Assembly: GCA_973895155.1 (NCBI GenBank)
Contig: OZ316893.1
Location: 26,586,798 to 26,650,797, forward strand
DNA length: 64,000 nt
Reading direction: 5' to 3'
Source of the DNA: Marsupella aquatica
Taxonomy: Eukaryota; Plantae; Marchantiophyta
A program made the translations under genes and the position numbers. The notes beneath the pieces were generated by a model. It was not told the DNA's origin and searched no databases. It was given only the letters and a program-made list of their open reading frames with translations. Shown here in pieces: positions 35,543 to 48,900 of the stretch (its first letter is position 1; every line of letters begins with the position of its first letter).

Positions 35543-38113
35543 ATGGAGGAATCGAAGAAGGAGATGAAGGTGTATGTTCATTACGAAGGCTCGCCCGAGT
35601 ACACGCACGTGGCGAGGATAACCTGGGGCCTTACCGTAGAACAGCTCGCCGTGGAGTTCACACGCGTCTACAATGCTAAGCATGGGCGGTTGGTTTGCCT
35701 TGATCCGGCGATGATCCACCTTCTGAATGGAAGGCGTCGGATGTCAAAATCGGCCAACTTAATACGACTTGTGAAGGATAGGTCTGATATTTTCGTGGAA
35801 CGGGAAAGTCCTAGTAGTGCTGCCGGCTTGGGTCGGCCAATTGAGCAGAGCTTGTCATCCAGAGTTGAGGAGAATAAATTGAAGAAGGAATTGTCACTGA
35901 GAGAAGAGAAGAGCAAATCGAAGCAGCGAGTTATCTTGAGACAGAAGGAAAGAGCACCGAAAGGAGAATTGGCCTCTGCAGTTTTTGATCAGGAGCAAGA
36001 GTTAGCGATTGAAGCGGACCTGGCCTCCGCTGTCGAAAAAGTTGCTGGAGAGGGCCAGGAACTCCAAGAGCCTTTCATCTGTGCTCTGCTGGTGAGTGCA
36101 ATTAAGGCCCAACAGCTAAAGAAGTACAGCTTTGCAGGTAAACTGTTCTCAAAAGTCTTGTACGTTCTTCCCAAACAAAAAATTTGCTTAAGGGGATTAG
36201 CCTCTATGGCACTTGTAATTCGTAAGTATTCCGAGGCAATTGAATGGCTACAGCGTGGTGTGGAGGAGTACCCGAGGGATGCTCTCTTTCATGCACGATT
36301 GGGTGATGCATATTCAGGTCTCGACAAGTACGACGATGCACTCAGTGAGTATGACCTTGCATTGGGTCTCGCTTTGGAGGATAAAACTGTAGAGATTGCC
36401 AATGTGGACGGCTCAGCTTTATCAAACCTTAAAATGGAATTAGGAGTACCACAAAATGTTTTGGAGAGGCTTCAATGCGATCCGCGGCTCGTCCAGGATC
36501 CCAGCGCTGGAGACATTCTGGGTGCCATCTCTGTGGATGGATTACAGATTTCTTCTGCAGCAGCCCTTGGTAAGCAGGGAAACATTGAAGCGGCAGATCG
36601 CATTCTCAAGTCAATTTTGGGTCAAAATGCTGAAAATTCTGATGCTTTATATGAGTATGGGACTCTTCTCTTTGGTCTTGATCATGTCAAGGAGGCATTG
36701 AAAATTTTCCTCAAGCTACTGGTTTCCAAGCCAGAAAATAAAAGAGTTCGCTCCAGTGTCTCAAAGGCAATCAAGCACCAACAAGGTATGGAACTATTGA
36801 AGAAGCAAGTTGCAGTGGAGCCCGCAGCAGCTCCGGTCCTTGCATATCTTGCCTCGTGTGTAAAGGATTATGGGGCAGTTGACGAAGCAATAGAGCTTTA
36901 TGGTATTGCAATTAAGTTGTCTCCTTTATCAGTGGGCTACTATCTGAGCTTAATTCATCTGTATGAGGTGATGTATGAGTACCTGAAGGCTATCGGGTTA
37001 GCAGTCTCACTCTTTGGAAGCTTCCCATCTTTCTCTTTAAGCAAGCTCCAATTCAGTGACGTTATGCGGTATTTTGAAGGTCCCAACTGGACTGAATCTC
37101 CTGACGACATTAGTCAACAATGTCAATATCAGGGTTTGAAGTTCCTGGCCCGTGCGGAGTTTTTTAGATGGTTTGATGATTTACCAGCACAGAAGCAAAC
37201 AAAGATCACAGGAATTGGTTCTGATTCAAGGAACGGCTCTGAAATCAAGGAACAGGGAGTTAATTGTACGTATGATGACCCACAGCTGGATGGCCTCGCA
37301 GTGTTGTTCACTGTAACGAAAATTCTTTTTGTTGGTGGCGCAATTGAACGTGCTCAGCACTTGGCAAGACTCATAGAGCCTGCAAGACTTGCATCAAGTA
37401 AACCGCTGCATCAGACACTTATTCGCAACGAGGCTGCTTACTTCACCTCTGTAAAGCAGATTCTGGAGCAGTATCCTATACCAACTCCACTTCCGCCTCT
37501 GAAAGAATATGCGCCTCTCTATCTCGCTGGAGACAGCCACTGCTTGTCAGCAGCATGGAGGAAAGTGCGCTTGCGAGGCCAGAATCGCTTGCTTGTGCCC
37601 ATGCTTGTCACTGGTCTGAAGGTGTGGCACCTTCGTCCAGAGAGTCAGTTCTATCCCAAATATGCATTTGAAAACGTTATGCAGAGTGTGGCAGATGGGG
37701 CTCAACTTGTGATGGTGTATGGAGAAATTGACTGCCGAGAAAGCATAATAGCCGCAGTAGAGAAAGGAATTTATAAGACCGAGGAGCACGGAGTAGAGGT
37801 TGTTGTTAATATCTACCTTGAGGTCCTCCAACAGCTCATTTTCAGTAGGGGTTTTGAGCTCTTTGTGCATCCAGTGCCACCAGTATTAAATGAAACACGG
37901 GCAATAGTACTCATTTTTAACAGGATTCTCAAGGGAAGACTAGAAGCTCTCAAGGGGAGGAGTGCTGCTGGCAAACGACTCCATTGGCTTGACTTTGCGC
38001 CCGACTTGCTAACAGCTGAAGGCCTTCTGAAAGAGCAGTTCAAACTGGATGGAACGCACTTGAGTCCAAAATATTCTGCGCTTCTACACCGGGAGCTTGG
38101 TAAAGTTAAGTAA
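35543..38113 (+). CDS. Intronless 856 aa TPR-repeat protein with C-terminal SGNH/GDSL-like hydrolase domain and possible N-terminal ubiquitin-like domain
   Basis: Long ORF; TPR-like helices (ARLGDAYSGLDKYDDALSEYDLAL, ALYEYGTLL..LDHVKEALKIF); SGNH blocks LAGDSH, YGEIDCRE and LDGTHL. Confidence 0.85.
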   Translation: MEESKKEMKVYVHYEGSPEYTHVARITWGLTVEQLAVEFTRVYNAKHGRLVCLDPAMIHLLNGRRRMSKSANLIRLVKDRSDIFVERESPSSAAGLGRPIEQSLSSRVEENKLKKELSLREEKSKSKQRVILRQKERAPKGELASAVFDQEQELAIEADLASAVEKVAGEGQELQEPFICALLVSAIKAQQLKKYSFAGKLFSKVLYVLPKQKICLRGLASMALVIRKYSEAIEWLQRGVEEYPRDALFHARLGDAYSGLDKYDDALSEYDLALGLALEDKTVEIANVDGSALSNLKMELGVPQNVLERLQCDPRLVQDPSAGDILGAISVDGLQISSAAALGKQGNIEAADRILKSILGQNAENSDALYEYGTLLFGLDHVKEALKIFLKLLVSKPENKRVRSSVSKAIKHQQGMELLKKQVAVEPAAAPVLAYLASCVKDYGAVDEAIELYGIAIKLSPLSVGYYLSLIHLYEVMYEYLKAIGLAVSLFGSFPSFSLSKLQFSDVMRYFEGPNWTESPDDISQQCQYQGLKFLARAEFFRWFDDLPAQKQTKITGIGSDSRNGSEIKEQGVNCTYDDPQLDGLAVLFTVTKILFVGGAIERAQHLARLIEPARLASSKPLHQTLIRNEAAYFTSVKQILEQYPIPTPLPPLKEYAPLYLAGDSHCLSAAWRKVRLRGQNRLLVPMLVTGLKVWHLRPESQFYPKYAFENVMQSVADGAQLVMVYGEIDCRESIIAAVEKGIYKTEEHGVEVVVNIYLEVLQQLIFSRGFELFVHPVPPVLNETRAIVLIFNRILKGRLEALKGRSAAGKRLHWLDFAPDLLTAEGLLKEQFKLDGTHLSPKYSALLHRELGKVK

Positions 38114-38985
38114 ATTGAATAAACCTGAGGGTTTCTGTATGGAGTTTGTATGACAATCTTCGGTTCTACTTTGTTTCCCTCATTCCCCATTCAAAGATGA
38201 TGGGAATGGAACTCATACACCGGGAGTTTGGGAAAGTCAAGTGAATTGCATTAACTGAGGGTTTCTGTATGGAGTTCGTATCACAATCTTTGGATCTACT
38301 TTGTTGTCCTGGTTCCCCAATAAGCGCTTTCCACTCGAAGAAACGGGAATGGAACTCATTCAACTGTAAATAACTGTATCCACCAACTTTCACTAGGGTG
38401 TACAGGAGGTGTATCTCTGTCTATTTGCATGTGGCTGGACAACCTCCACAACTACCAGACAGCGAGCTTAGATTGTAAACCAGCGGGAGTCAATCTGTCC
38501 AAACCAGTGGAGGCAATGATTTTTTAAGATAATTTAGGCAACTAATGTGAATCGTCCTTGTTGACATTCTGAGGACAGCAGTTTGTCAACAAGGGCAAGG
38601 AATCGAGTTTCCCAATGGCAGAAGCCAGATTTTGGGTTTCGATCTTGGATTCTAGCTCCTCAAGATTAGCCATGGATATTAAAGTGCGGACTCTTTGAAT
38701 TTTTACATGGTTTTCCACAAAAACAAAGTCATGCCAAGGTCTGCTGCTTTTGTACTAACACGTATAAGAGAGACGAAGATAACTTCAAATTTTGCAATTT
38801 CTCAAAGCTGCTTCTCAGCTCAATGATGAATATCCAAAGAATATCCACAAATTATTTTGGTCATTTTGCTTGTAGTCATCCTGAAATTGTGCACTTTGCG
38901 TACTTAATTTATCCAATTAGTTGAGGCGCTCCTCTTTGCCCCCAACTCATCTCTCCTTGCAACTCACACACTCCAGACCTACTTG

Positions 38986-39240
38986 TTGACTCCCCATAGC
39001 CTGGCCATGTCACATATGCTAAACTAAAAACACTTTTACTCATTACATCACTTAACAAGATCGTGTCGACTCCCCATAGTGTCTAATGGCCTGGCCATTT
39101 CACATATGCTAAACTGACAACACTTTTTGCTCAATGCATAACTTAACAAGATCGTGTTGACTCCCCATAGTGTCTATGGTCTGGCCATTTCACATATGAT
39201 AAACTCACAACACTTTTGCTCAATACATCACTTAACAAAG
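38986..39240. repeat. Tandem repeat of roughly 80-90 bp, x3
   Basis: GACTCCCCATAG...CTGGCCAT.TCACATATG.TAAACT..CAACACTTTT...ACTTAACAA repeated three times. Confidence 0.75.
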
Positions 39241-39451
39241 TTGTGCAACGTGCGGGCATTGGGCTAGAGGCAAGCTAGGGATTTGTGGACATGGGACTAG
39301 AGATACACTGGTTCATGCGTGCCAAAGGGCCTTTCCATCGATGCCCATATCCAAATGCACTGCAACCTGCATGAACCCGTTGGCCTGCATCCCCTACATT
39401 CACATCGCTCTGAAATGGACCTGCCCTTGGATCAGTTTTCATGTGCACCTA

Positions 39452-39845
39452 CGGGGCGAGTGTACTCCACTTTGGTGGGGCTTGTATTAAACTCACCCAA
39501 CTCTTACCAAAAACAAAATGAGTACTACTAGGGGGTAAGTGTACTCCACTTTAATAAGGGTTTATTAAACTCACATATGAATAATTGACCCTATGTATTA
39601 GCTCGTTGGCGTACATCCCCTACATTTGCATTGCTCTGAAATGCACCTTCCCTTGGATCTGTTTTCATATACAATTAGGGGGGCGAGTGTATTCCACTTT
39701 GGGGAGGATTGATTTAAACTCACCCCACTTGCACAAAAGATGTCAAACACAACTAGAGGGCGAGTCCACTTTGGGGAGGATTGTATTAAACTCACCCCAC
39801 TCACACAAAGCATTTCATAACATTTAGGGGGCAAGTCTACACTGG
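39452..39845. repeat. Degenerate repeat array, 4-5 copies
   Basis: GGGGCGAGTGTACTCCACTTTGG...TTGTATTAAACTCACCC near 39453, 39531, 39680 and 39758. Confidence 0.65.
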
Positions 39846-42800
39846 GTGGGGTGCGTCATAATTCTTGGCATCGGCAAGGCTCACCTGCACACTACCAATG
39901 TCACTTGGATAGAGTTATAACAAGCTCTGAGGATGTGCAAACGGTAAGATAGTCCTGAAAAAAATCACTTTGTTGGTCCCTGAAATTCGTAGTGGTTGGA
40001 ACATGTCGGATAGCAGCTGCATCGAGAGTTGGCCTTTGCAATACTTCTTGAACGCTTCAGTTGAGCTTGGTATCAATTGTAGCCTGGTATAGGCTGTGTA
40101 GCTCTCTTACACCAACTGGAGGGTGACGAGTATGACCAGTTTTGCGTATATTTTTCTAATTGGGGAGCATGTTAATCACTATCATCGTGACTTTTACCAG
40201 ATGGGCCATTAAAGAAGGCCGATTTGATAAAGCTTCTCAGGTTATTAGTGGGCTCCTTCAAAGAAACCAAGGCAAGATCTGCGATATTGATATCCAGCCA
40301 ATACGAGTGCAAGAAGTAAGACATGTGATACCGCAATCTTGAGTTCACCAATGCTGTAAATGAAACACCATCTAGGCCTGTTCTTTGGTTGTGCGTCATG
40401 CAAAAAACATGATTTTGTTCTAAAACACGGAAACATTTGGATACACAATGGGAAAATGTTACTTCTTTTGTTTTGCAAAGAAATTAAAACGAGAAATCTT
40501 AATGTGGTTCAAGGCTTCATTTCCACCAGCATCAGCTCTGAATGCAAAGCATACAAGCACAAATCATTTTGAGAATGGGTGTCTTCATACTTTTGGAACT
40601 TCTTGGATACACGTATGTCCTGAAATCGTGTCGTTAGAATCGGGACATGCTCTGATCTCAACAACTATGCATGAGTTGCATTCAAATCGCAATAAAGATT
40701 GCAGTTCGCGAAGATCCAAACTGCAGCCAAGTGCAATGTGTCAGGTGATGTGACGAAAAAAATGCCGTTGGTGTTACATTGTTTTAGAATTTATAAGGCA
40801 AATTTTATTTCCGTGAATACTAGGGTTCAGTATCTGTGACGATCGCAGATCAATCTTAATATACTGGATTCCTAGCATGAGAGCATGGAGACCCTCAAAA
40901 CTATGACCCTTTTAATTTTGTTGAGGTTTTAGTGCACTTCGAGTTTTGGAAGGATTTGTATAGGTGTGCTTTCCCCAATGTCTCTACGTATCTTAAGAAC
41001 AAAAGAAGCATGACCAGACATCTATGAATCTCTAGAAGGACGTGAAACCCTTTGGGTCAATCACATGACTTGAAACTATCCTTGTTGACATGAAAAGGTA
41101 GCTCGAAACATACTGGAGAGTAGATCATAACCAGACTAACCTGTAAAGAACGTTTTGTACAAGAAAGAGTAATCGGTGTAAGAAATCGAGATGGCAGGCT
41201 ATGCTTGTAATTTGACAGTAAGAAATTGAACCTCTGGTTGGCTGATTTCTTAATGTTCTTGGTGATCGTGACGAAAGAGAGATAGGGAAAAGTTGCACAT
41301 AGACATGTCCGTTTAACAATCATCACAGCAACAGTAGTTCAAATTGAACAAGAATGATTACGTGTTGTGTTGTTGGTGGTTCATAGCGCAATTTAGGAGT
41401 AAGAGACTCTTACATTTAAACTCTAAATTGCGGTCGACACACATTTACGTCATTGCGGTCGACATGTACAACAAAGTACATATCTTCAAACTACTGGAGA
41501 GACGTACATTGTTATTACAAGAACTTGAGTCAGGATTTGTATATCATGATGGTATATGGCCAAGGTCTAAACTCCCTTAAAGGAACTGAGGGGAAACGAT
41601 TGATTTGAATCGCTGGTCACATATGCAATCTTATTTATAGAGTACTACACGGATGGCACGTCGTCTTCGTAGTGTCTAATGTACGAGACCAATTTGGGAT
41701 GAGAAGTGAAATTAGGAGAGTTTGGAGTGGTCATTCTCTTATGCTAGTTTGACTCCCAAGCTAGCGCCAGTGCTTGAAATGAGGGCACATCGGTAACTTT
41801 GCCTACGTCGGAATTGCCCCTATTGTTTGGACCTTTGCCCATGCGGCTAAACTCATACAGCTTGCTTGACTGTTTTGTCACACGCTCAGTCGAGGAAGTT
41901 TTCTTCCATAGGGAAGAGCATCCGTGAAATGCACTTCGTGCCGCTTCCTACGATGTTTCATTGGGTTATGTGTACCTTTAAAGATGCCCCCCCAAGAAGC
42001 TAAAGTTCCACTGCGAAAGGTGTTCGAGACACGGTTCACCTTATCACTAAGTTGGATACAACTGCCTTTTTTCCTTGAAATTCCTTCCATGAGGTTTGGA
42101 ATAACATGATCTAGTTCCAACTTAGTAAAATGATTGTAATTTTGGTGCGTGTCAAAGATCACGGGCGCTCTTACTTTATCTTTTCAGAGACTATTGAGGA
42201 GTGGGGCACACATTCCAGGACCGGATGAGCCAGATTAGCATTCTTTTAGCAAAATTGTTGATAATGATCTGTATAGTCGAGATAGACATACTCTTCGACG
42301 ACCAATGGATGAATTGCAACATATGCAATAGGCAAATCATTGGAGGCCCTGTTCCTGTTTGTTCGTGGACATGAAGAGTACTTTTCGAAGCTCACAAGAC
42401 TCGAATCTTCCAACAACCAAATGGCTGTCAATGCCCAAACTAGCATCCTGCCGTTCGCCTTCAATGCAAATTCTATTCTACCTAGATGCAACAACCGAGA
42501 AATTTTTAAGAAGTTTGTTTCTTCGAACCTCTACTTGATTGGTAAAACCCACATATTTTGGACATTCGGTTACTTTGTACCTTTATGTGGAGTCCACGCA
42601 GATCAAAATCAGATGCCTTAGTTTTAATATATATTACCAAGTAATGAGTGCCAGAAGTTGCATCATTAGGTGTTTGCTCACAATTTCAAGACCAAGGAAG
42701 CAAGCTATTCTTTGTTTTCTTGATGCTTGCAATAACTTCGAAGGCAGTCCTTTCCCTTGTGACAATTTTGTCATATTGTGAGACTGTTCACACAAAGATC

Positions 42801-42916
42801 TGGAGGTATCACTTAAAGGAGACAATGGCAGCAACCACTTTCGAACCTTTTCTCTCCAACAGTAAAGTTCTACAAAACATTCGTCAAACATAATGCAACA
42901 AGTGCCATTGTAAGCA

Positions 42917-45900
42917 ATGGAGAAAACCATTCAGGTCAAGCCTCCTCAAGAGATGCAAAAAAGCATTGAGGTCAAGCCCCTTCAAGCAATGGAGACAAAC
43001 ATGGTGGTCAACCCTCCTCCAGCACTAGAGACAACCACGGAAGTCAAGCCTCCTCTAGGTACGGAGACAAAAGTGGAGGTGAAGCGTCCCAAAAGATCGT
43101 GGGCACGAATCTTCATGAAGCTTTTCAAAAGGAAAAAACCAGAGCCTGCAATTGCATCTTCACTAACTCCAGGTGACAAGCAAACTACCAGCCCACCGAA
43201 AGAGGGAGCAATAGAAGGGACGACAAGTTCAGGCGAGTCTCCAACACAAGAAGGGGAAGTGCAAGTACAGGTCAAGCTCCAAGTTACTCCAAGGTCAGGT
43301 CCGGCTGTTCCGAGTCCTGAGCTTGATGAACACAAGGTCAATGGTTTAAGATCTGGTGGAGGAAAATTCATGCCTTGTCTACCAGCAATTCTCAACGACA
43401 AAACCAATGTCCAAAATGCAAGTTTTAGTAATGTCCACACTCTATTTTTCAGTACTGCTCATGACATCAGTGTAGAAGCTGAAGTGAAGGATAATGCTCG
43501 GCAGTTCAAAAAAGGATGTCTTCCTAGCAGTCCAAGGTTGACAAAAAGAGGAAAAACTTCTCAGTTGCATGGTAATCGGAGAAAAAGGGCGGTGAATCAT
43601 GCTCATGGACGCAAGACGAAACAGGGATGTTTTCCACAATTGAGTACGAGATCTCCTCCTCTAGAAGATCCCGAAGCCTCCAGGTTCACTTACTTACAAG
43701 TAGGTGACGATGGTAATTATGGTTCATTGTCTGAGGACGGAGACATTTATTCCAAGGAGTTGACTTACCTTGAATTTAAGGAAGGTGGTCGATATGAACC
43801 ACAGGACGAGGTCCTCAAGGATGGTGAAATGACTTACCTTGACTTGGACAAGGAAGGGAAATATGAATCAAGCATGCAACAGAAGGCAAGTGATGCTTCT
43901 GTCGCACCACGAAACTGGATTGATGCGGGGGTGAAAGAAGGAAATGCTCCCAGTAGGACAGGTATCAACAGGGGATACAGGGTACATCCACGAACAAGCA
44001 TTACTTCTCTAGAGTCGGATGACGAGAGTTCAGATATTTTTCAAAGCCCAGAGCAGCTAAACAATGATGGATCTCTTCCTACGACTGATCCTTCGTCTAT
44101 ATTATTGAGGCAATCTATTTCACAAGATGCTTTCCGTCATAACATGAACTCCCTCCTCAATTCACGTGAGGCAGATGATGTCCCCAATGATCATGGTGAA
44201 CAGAACGAAGCTTCCGTCGTGACAAAGAATGAAATCAAGGTTGAGGAACGTAGTTCAACAACCATTGTAAAGAAAGGATGGCTCCCAATCGCAAAACAAG
44301 GATCTAAGAGTTATTTCTTCCCACCCAAAGCGGGCGCTCTCAAGGCAGAGCTTCCTTCAATTGATTCAGTGGACAAGAAGGTTGACATATCTAGAAATAA
44401 TGAGTGGAATGACCCTCCAAATCTACTGCAAGGAGAAATTGGCCAAACTCAAAAAAATGAGGAAGATAGTGATACTCTGAAAACTAGATGTCTTAGACTT
44501 CAGCCTTTGAGACGGAAGGTTTATAAATCAAGCAAGGATAAGGCACTGAGTGATCCTTTGTTAAATAGTCCTCCGGACCTGCTACAGCAAGAAGTCAGTA
44601 ACACTTCACAAAAGAAGAAAGATGGTGATTTCAGAAATAGGTGCCTTGGACTTCAACCTTTAAAATATTGTCAGAAGAAGCCCTTAACTGCCTCCGGATT
44701 AGAAGACATCAGTCCTGATGATTATATTATTTCTGATTTTGATGAACCTTGGAAGGGGGAAGAGGTAGCTGATTTTGAATTGAGGGATTTCAAAAAAATG
44801 AAAAAGAGAAAGAGTCTTCCAGTAAGCTCCGATAGAGAGAAAGGCTGCCAGAAAACGAGTCTGACACAAATTGGAACAGACCAACATGATAATGGGGACG
44901 ACGAGGATGATGCCAGGAGTGATGATGAAACCGACTGGGAACACTCAAAACTAAGTAGAGGTTGCCTTCCGTTTGGCCGGAGATCCACAACGGACTACGA
45001 AAAAATCATTCCAACGGATATTACTTCACGTCCTCTAGAATCATACACCAAAGATGATATATACATAGCTTTAGACGAGCTACAAGCAGGTGACTATGAT
45101 ATGGATTGTACAGGAACTGTGATAATATCTGTTGACTCGGATGATGAAATCCATTCTATGGAAATTAGTGAGCTGGACAATTGCTCGAAGAGCAATCCAG
45201 TATGTGAAACTCGATGTGACGATTCCGATGAGTATAAGCCACAAAACGGGTGTCTTCCCTTTGGCCGAAAGTTGCAGAATCTTCCTGACCTACGTGTAGG
45301 ATCAGAAGAAGACCTTGACTTTACGATAGATCTACAGTCAGATCCCCAAAGCTTCAGAGTAGAAGCAACAAAAACCGACTGGGACAACTTAAATGAAAAT
45401 ATTCCACAAACAGGGTGTTTTCCATTTGGTCGCAATGAAAAGAAGGATTATATCCAGGCCAAGCTGATGCCTACCGAGCTCGACAGTGTTCAGTCAAATG
45501 AACCCCAAATAGAAGAGGAAGCTGATGAACGCCAATCCGAGGAACTTGGCAGCCGCAACCCCAAGAAGTGGTGCCTTCCATTTGGCCGTCAAAGAACGGA
45601 TTATAATGAGCTGATCTCGACTTCCATGGACGCAGCCGACACTGCTCCTGGGACAGGCAGGGAAACTGTCGACCAGAATGTAAACGGGGAAAGCGAGGAC
45701 TACACACAATGTCCCCTCTTATCTGACTGGCAAGAGCAAACCAGTAAGCAGGAAACGGGTTGGTTTCCATCGAATTGCTTCTCAAAGAACCCAGCAAAGT
45801 CACCTTTTAATTCAGCTAAAAATGATCCAAATCAAGTGCGTGTTGATCTGGAATTGAGAAACACTGAAATGCACAGATGTCTTCCCTGTGTTCGCAAATC

Positions 45901-48900
45901 AAGGAAAGAAAAGTTACTGTACATCCAATCTGGCCCGAATAGTGGTAACAGCTTCGAATTTGAATTAGATATAAATAGCCCTCTAATGGAAGGAGATGAT
46001 GAAACTGGAGACGAGCATCATTGGCATAGGTCAAGGGATGAATGCCTTCCTCTTGCTTTCAAGTCAGGGAAAGAGTACCTTTCAGAGAACTCAGCATCCA
46101 TGAACATCGCTGAAAAGAGTACCACTAGTACAGAACTTCAGGGGAGAGATTCTGCTGCAGGGAAAAAAAATTCTTGTACAGATCATATCTGCACTCTTAA
46201 GAAACTTAAGCCCACTCCACAGAATTCATCATGTCCTCAAAATGATGCTCAAGCCAATACTACTACTGTCGTCACAACCTCTGTTGAAGATGATGATTTG
46301 CATGAATTCTCAAAGACTGGTTGTGCTAGATTCTCAAGACAGAGGAATTCAAATAAAGGAGATGAAAACTTAGATATTAAACATGTTCTCCCTGCTAGTG
46401 GGCCTCCACCTGGTGCTGCTCTGGAGTCCCTTAACGTTCCATCTCGGGAGAAAGTGGAAGAAACTGAATCAGCAAATCTTTCCTGTAGCCTCTGGAACAA
46501 AAAGTTGAAGTGCAACACTGGGGTAGGGGAGGTGCTATCAGAAATGAGTGGCTGTGATACGCTCGACATGGAGGACCGGGGGATTCATATGGAAGACTCA
46601 AGGGACGATTTAGAGGAAACTAGTTGCGGTAGGTTCTGGAGTCCAAAAGATCCACGAAGGAAAACTGAGGAGTCAGTGGCTCAATCTGGAAAGACAAGTT
46701 GTGGCATGTTTTGGAAGAAACAAGGCCCAGAAAAGCTTGAACAGTCAAAGAATCAATCTGCATACTGTGACAAGTTTTGCATGAAGCAAAATCCACAGAC
46801 GCAGATAGGACAGTCAGTGGAGGCATCAGGAATGAGTGGTTGCAGTAAATTGTTGATGAAGAAAGATGCAACGAGTCTGGTTGAAGTGGAAGTGGGTGAA
46901 TCTGGGAGGACTACCTTAACTCAAGAACGTAAACCGAAGTTGGTCGAAGGCTCGTTGGATGAATCTGGAAGGGCTAGCTCAAATCAAGAACATGTATCCA
47001 AAGCGCTCGAAGACACATTGGCTCAAACCAAAAGTTCGTATTGCGGCAAGCTTCCAGGGACCCAAGATATTGTCAAGCAGTTTCAACAGGCAATTGAAAG
47101 ATCTCGAAGGGCAAGTTGTAATAGTTTATCAATGAGGAAACATCCAAGAAATGAGCGTGAAGTGTTAGTGGATGAATCTCGAAGGGCTGCCTCAAATCAA
47201 GAACATATCTTGAAAGATCTCGAAGACACATTGGCTCAAACCAAAAGTTCAAATTGTGGTAAGCTTCCAGTGACCCAAGATATACTCAAGCAGTTTCAAC
47301 AGATAATTGAAAGATCTCGAAGGGCAAGTTGTAATGGGTTATCAATGAGGAAAAATCCAAGAAATGAGCTTGAAGTGTTATTAGATGATTCCGGAAGGGC
47401 TGCCTCAAATCAAGAACATATATTGAAAGATCTCGAGGACACATTGGCTCAAACCAAAAGTTCGAATTGTGGTAAGCTTCCAGTGACCCAAGATATACTC
47501 GAGCAGTTTCAACAGATAATTGAAAGATCTCGAAGGGCAAGTTGTAATGGTTTATCAATGAGGAAAAATTCAAAAAATGAGCTTGAAGTGTTGGTAGATG
47601 AATCTGGAAGGGCTGGCGCAAATCAAGAACATATATTGAAAGAGCTCGAAGATGATCTGACTGAATCCAAAAGTTCATCTTGTGATATGTTTCCAATGAC
47701 ACAAGATACACTGAGGCAGTTTCAACGGGCAATTAAAAGATCTAAAAGAGTCAGCTGTGACGGTTTATCGATGAGAAAAACTTCAAAAGGTGAGCTCAAA
47801 GTATTGGTGGATGAATCTGGAAGGCCTGCTTGTGGCAAGTTGCTAAAGAAGGAGGATATCAGTAAGCAATCTGACGAGGCAGTCGAAAAACAGGGACGGA
47901 CCAGTTGTACTAGTTTATCATCGAGTCAAAACGCAACAAACCAGCGAGAAGCATTGGTGGATGAATATGGAATAACCACTTGTGGCAAGTTGCTAAAGAA
48001 ACTGGACGCCAGAATGCAATCTGATGAGCCAGCGGGCAAACCTGGAAGGACTGCATGTAATGTTTTTTCAAGGAGTCGAAATGAGCTTTGCCAGGTTAAA
48101 GCGGTTGTGGATGAATCTGGAAGGCCTACTTGTGGTGAGCTGCTAATGAAACAGGACTCCAGAAAGCAATCGAACGATGCATTGGACAAGCCTGAAAGCA
48201 GCAGTGACACGAGTGCAAGAGAGAAAGCTGCAGAGGAGAAGTCTGGAAAGGCCGCTTGTGGTAGGTTCTTGGCGAAGCATGATATAAGAACTAAGCAGAC
48301 AGACGAAGCCACAAAGGAACCTGAAAAGGCTACCTGCGAGAAGATATCACTAACGCGAGATGAAACTAATCAATTTGAAACTGAACGAAACAAATCTGGC
48401 GCTAGTGAGAAGTTTGCTTGCTTGCCACTGAAACAAGGTGATAGGAACAGGCTTGGAGAGGCAATCGATGAGTTAAGAAAGATAACTTGTAGTGGAGTTT
48501 CAATGAGATCAGCTCCACAGAAACAGTCCGAAGTAGTGTTACGACAGACTGAAAAAAGCTTATGTTATGATGACCTATTCTCCTTGAAACAAGACTCCCA
48601 AGGAATTCATTCAACCAGAGAGATTGGAAAAGGAGTTGGGAATTGTCAGCGCAATCTAGCAGAATGTACTCAAGGGAAGATTTTACCTTTACTTGGAGGG
48701 GTTTGCAATCAAAGAGTCGGAGTTACCCGTCTCAACGAAAACGAGGTTACTCCTCTAATAAGCAATGGAGGTCGTTCTCGAAAGGGATTTTTAGAAAGGT
48801 ATTGTGCATGCATGGCTATGAGCGATCACAGCAGTAGTGGTTCCAGATGTAACGAAACTCCTGTTATAGAGGAGAGTGTAAAAAACTATCCTGATGTGAG

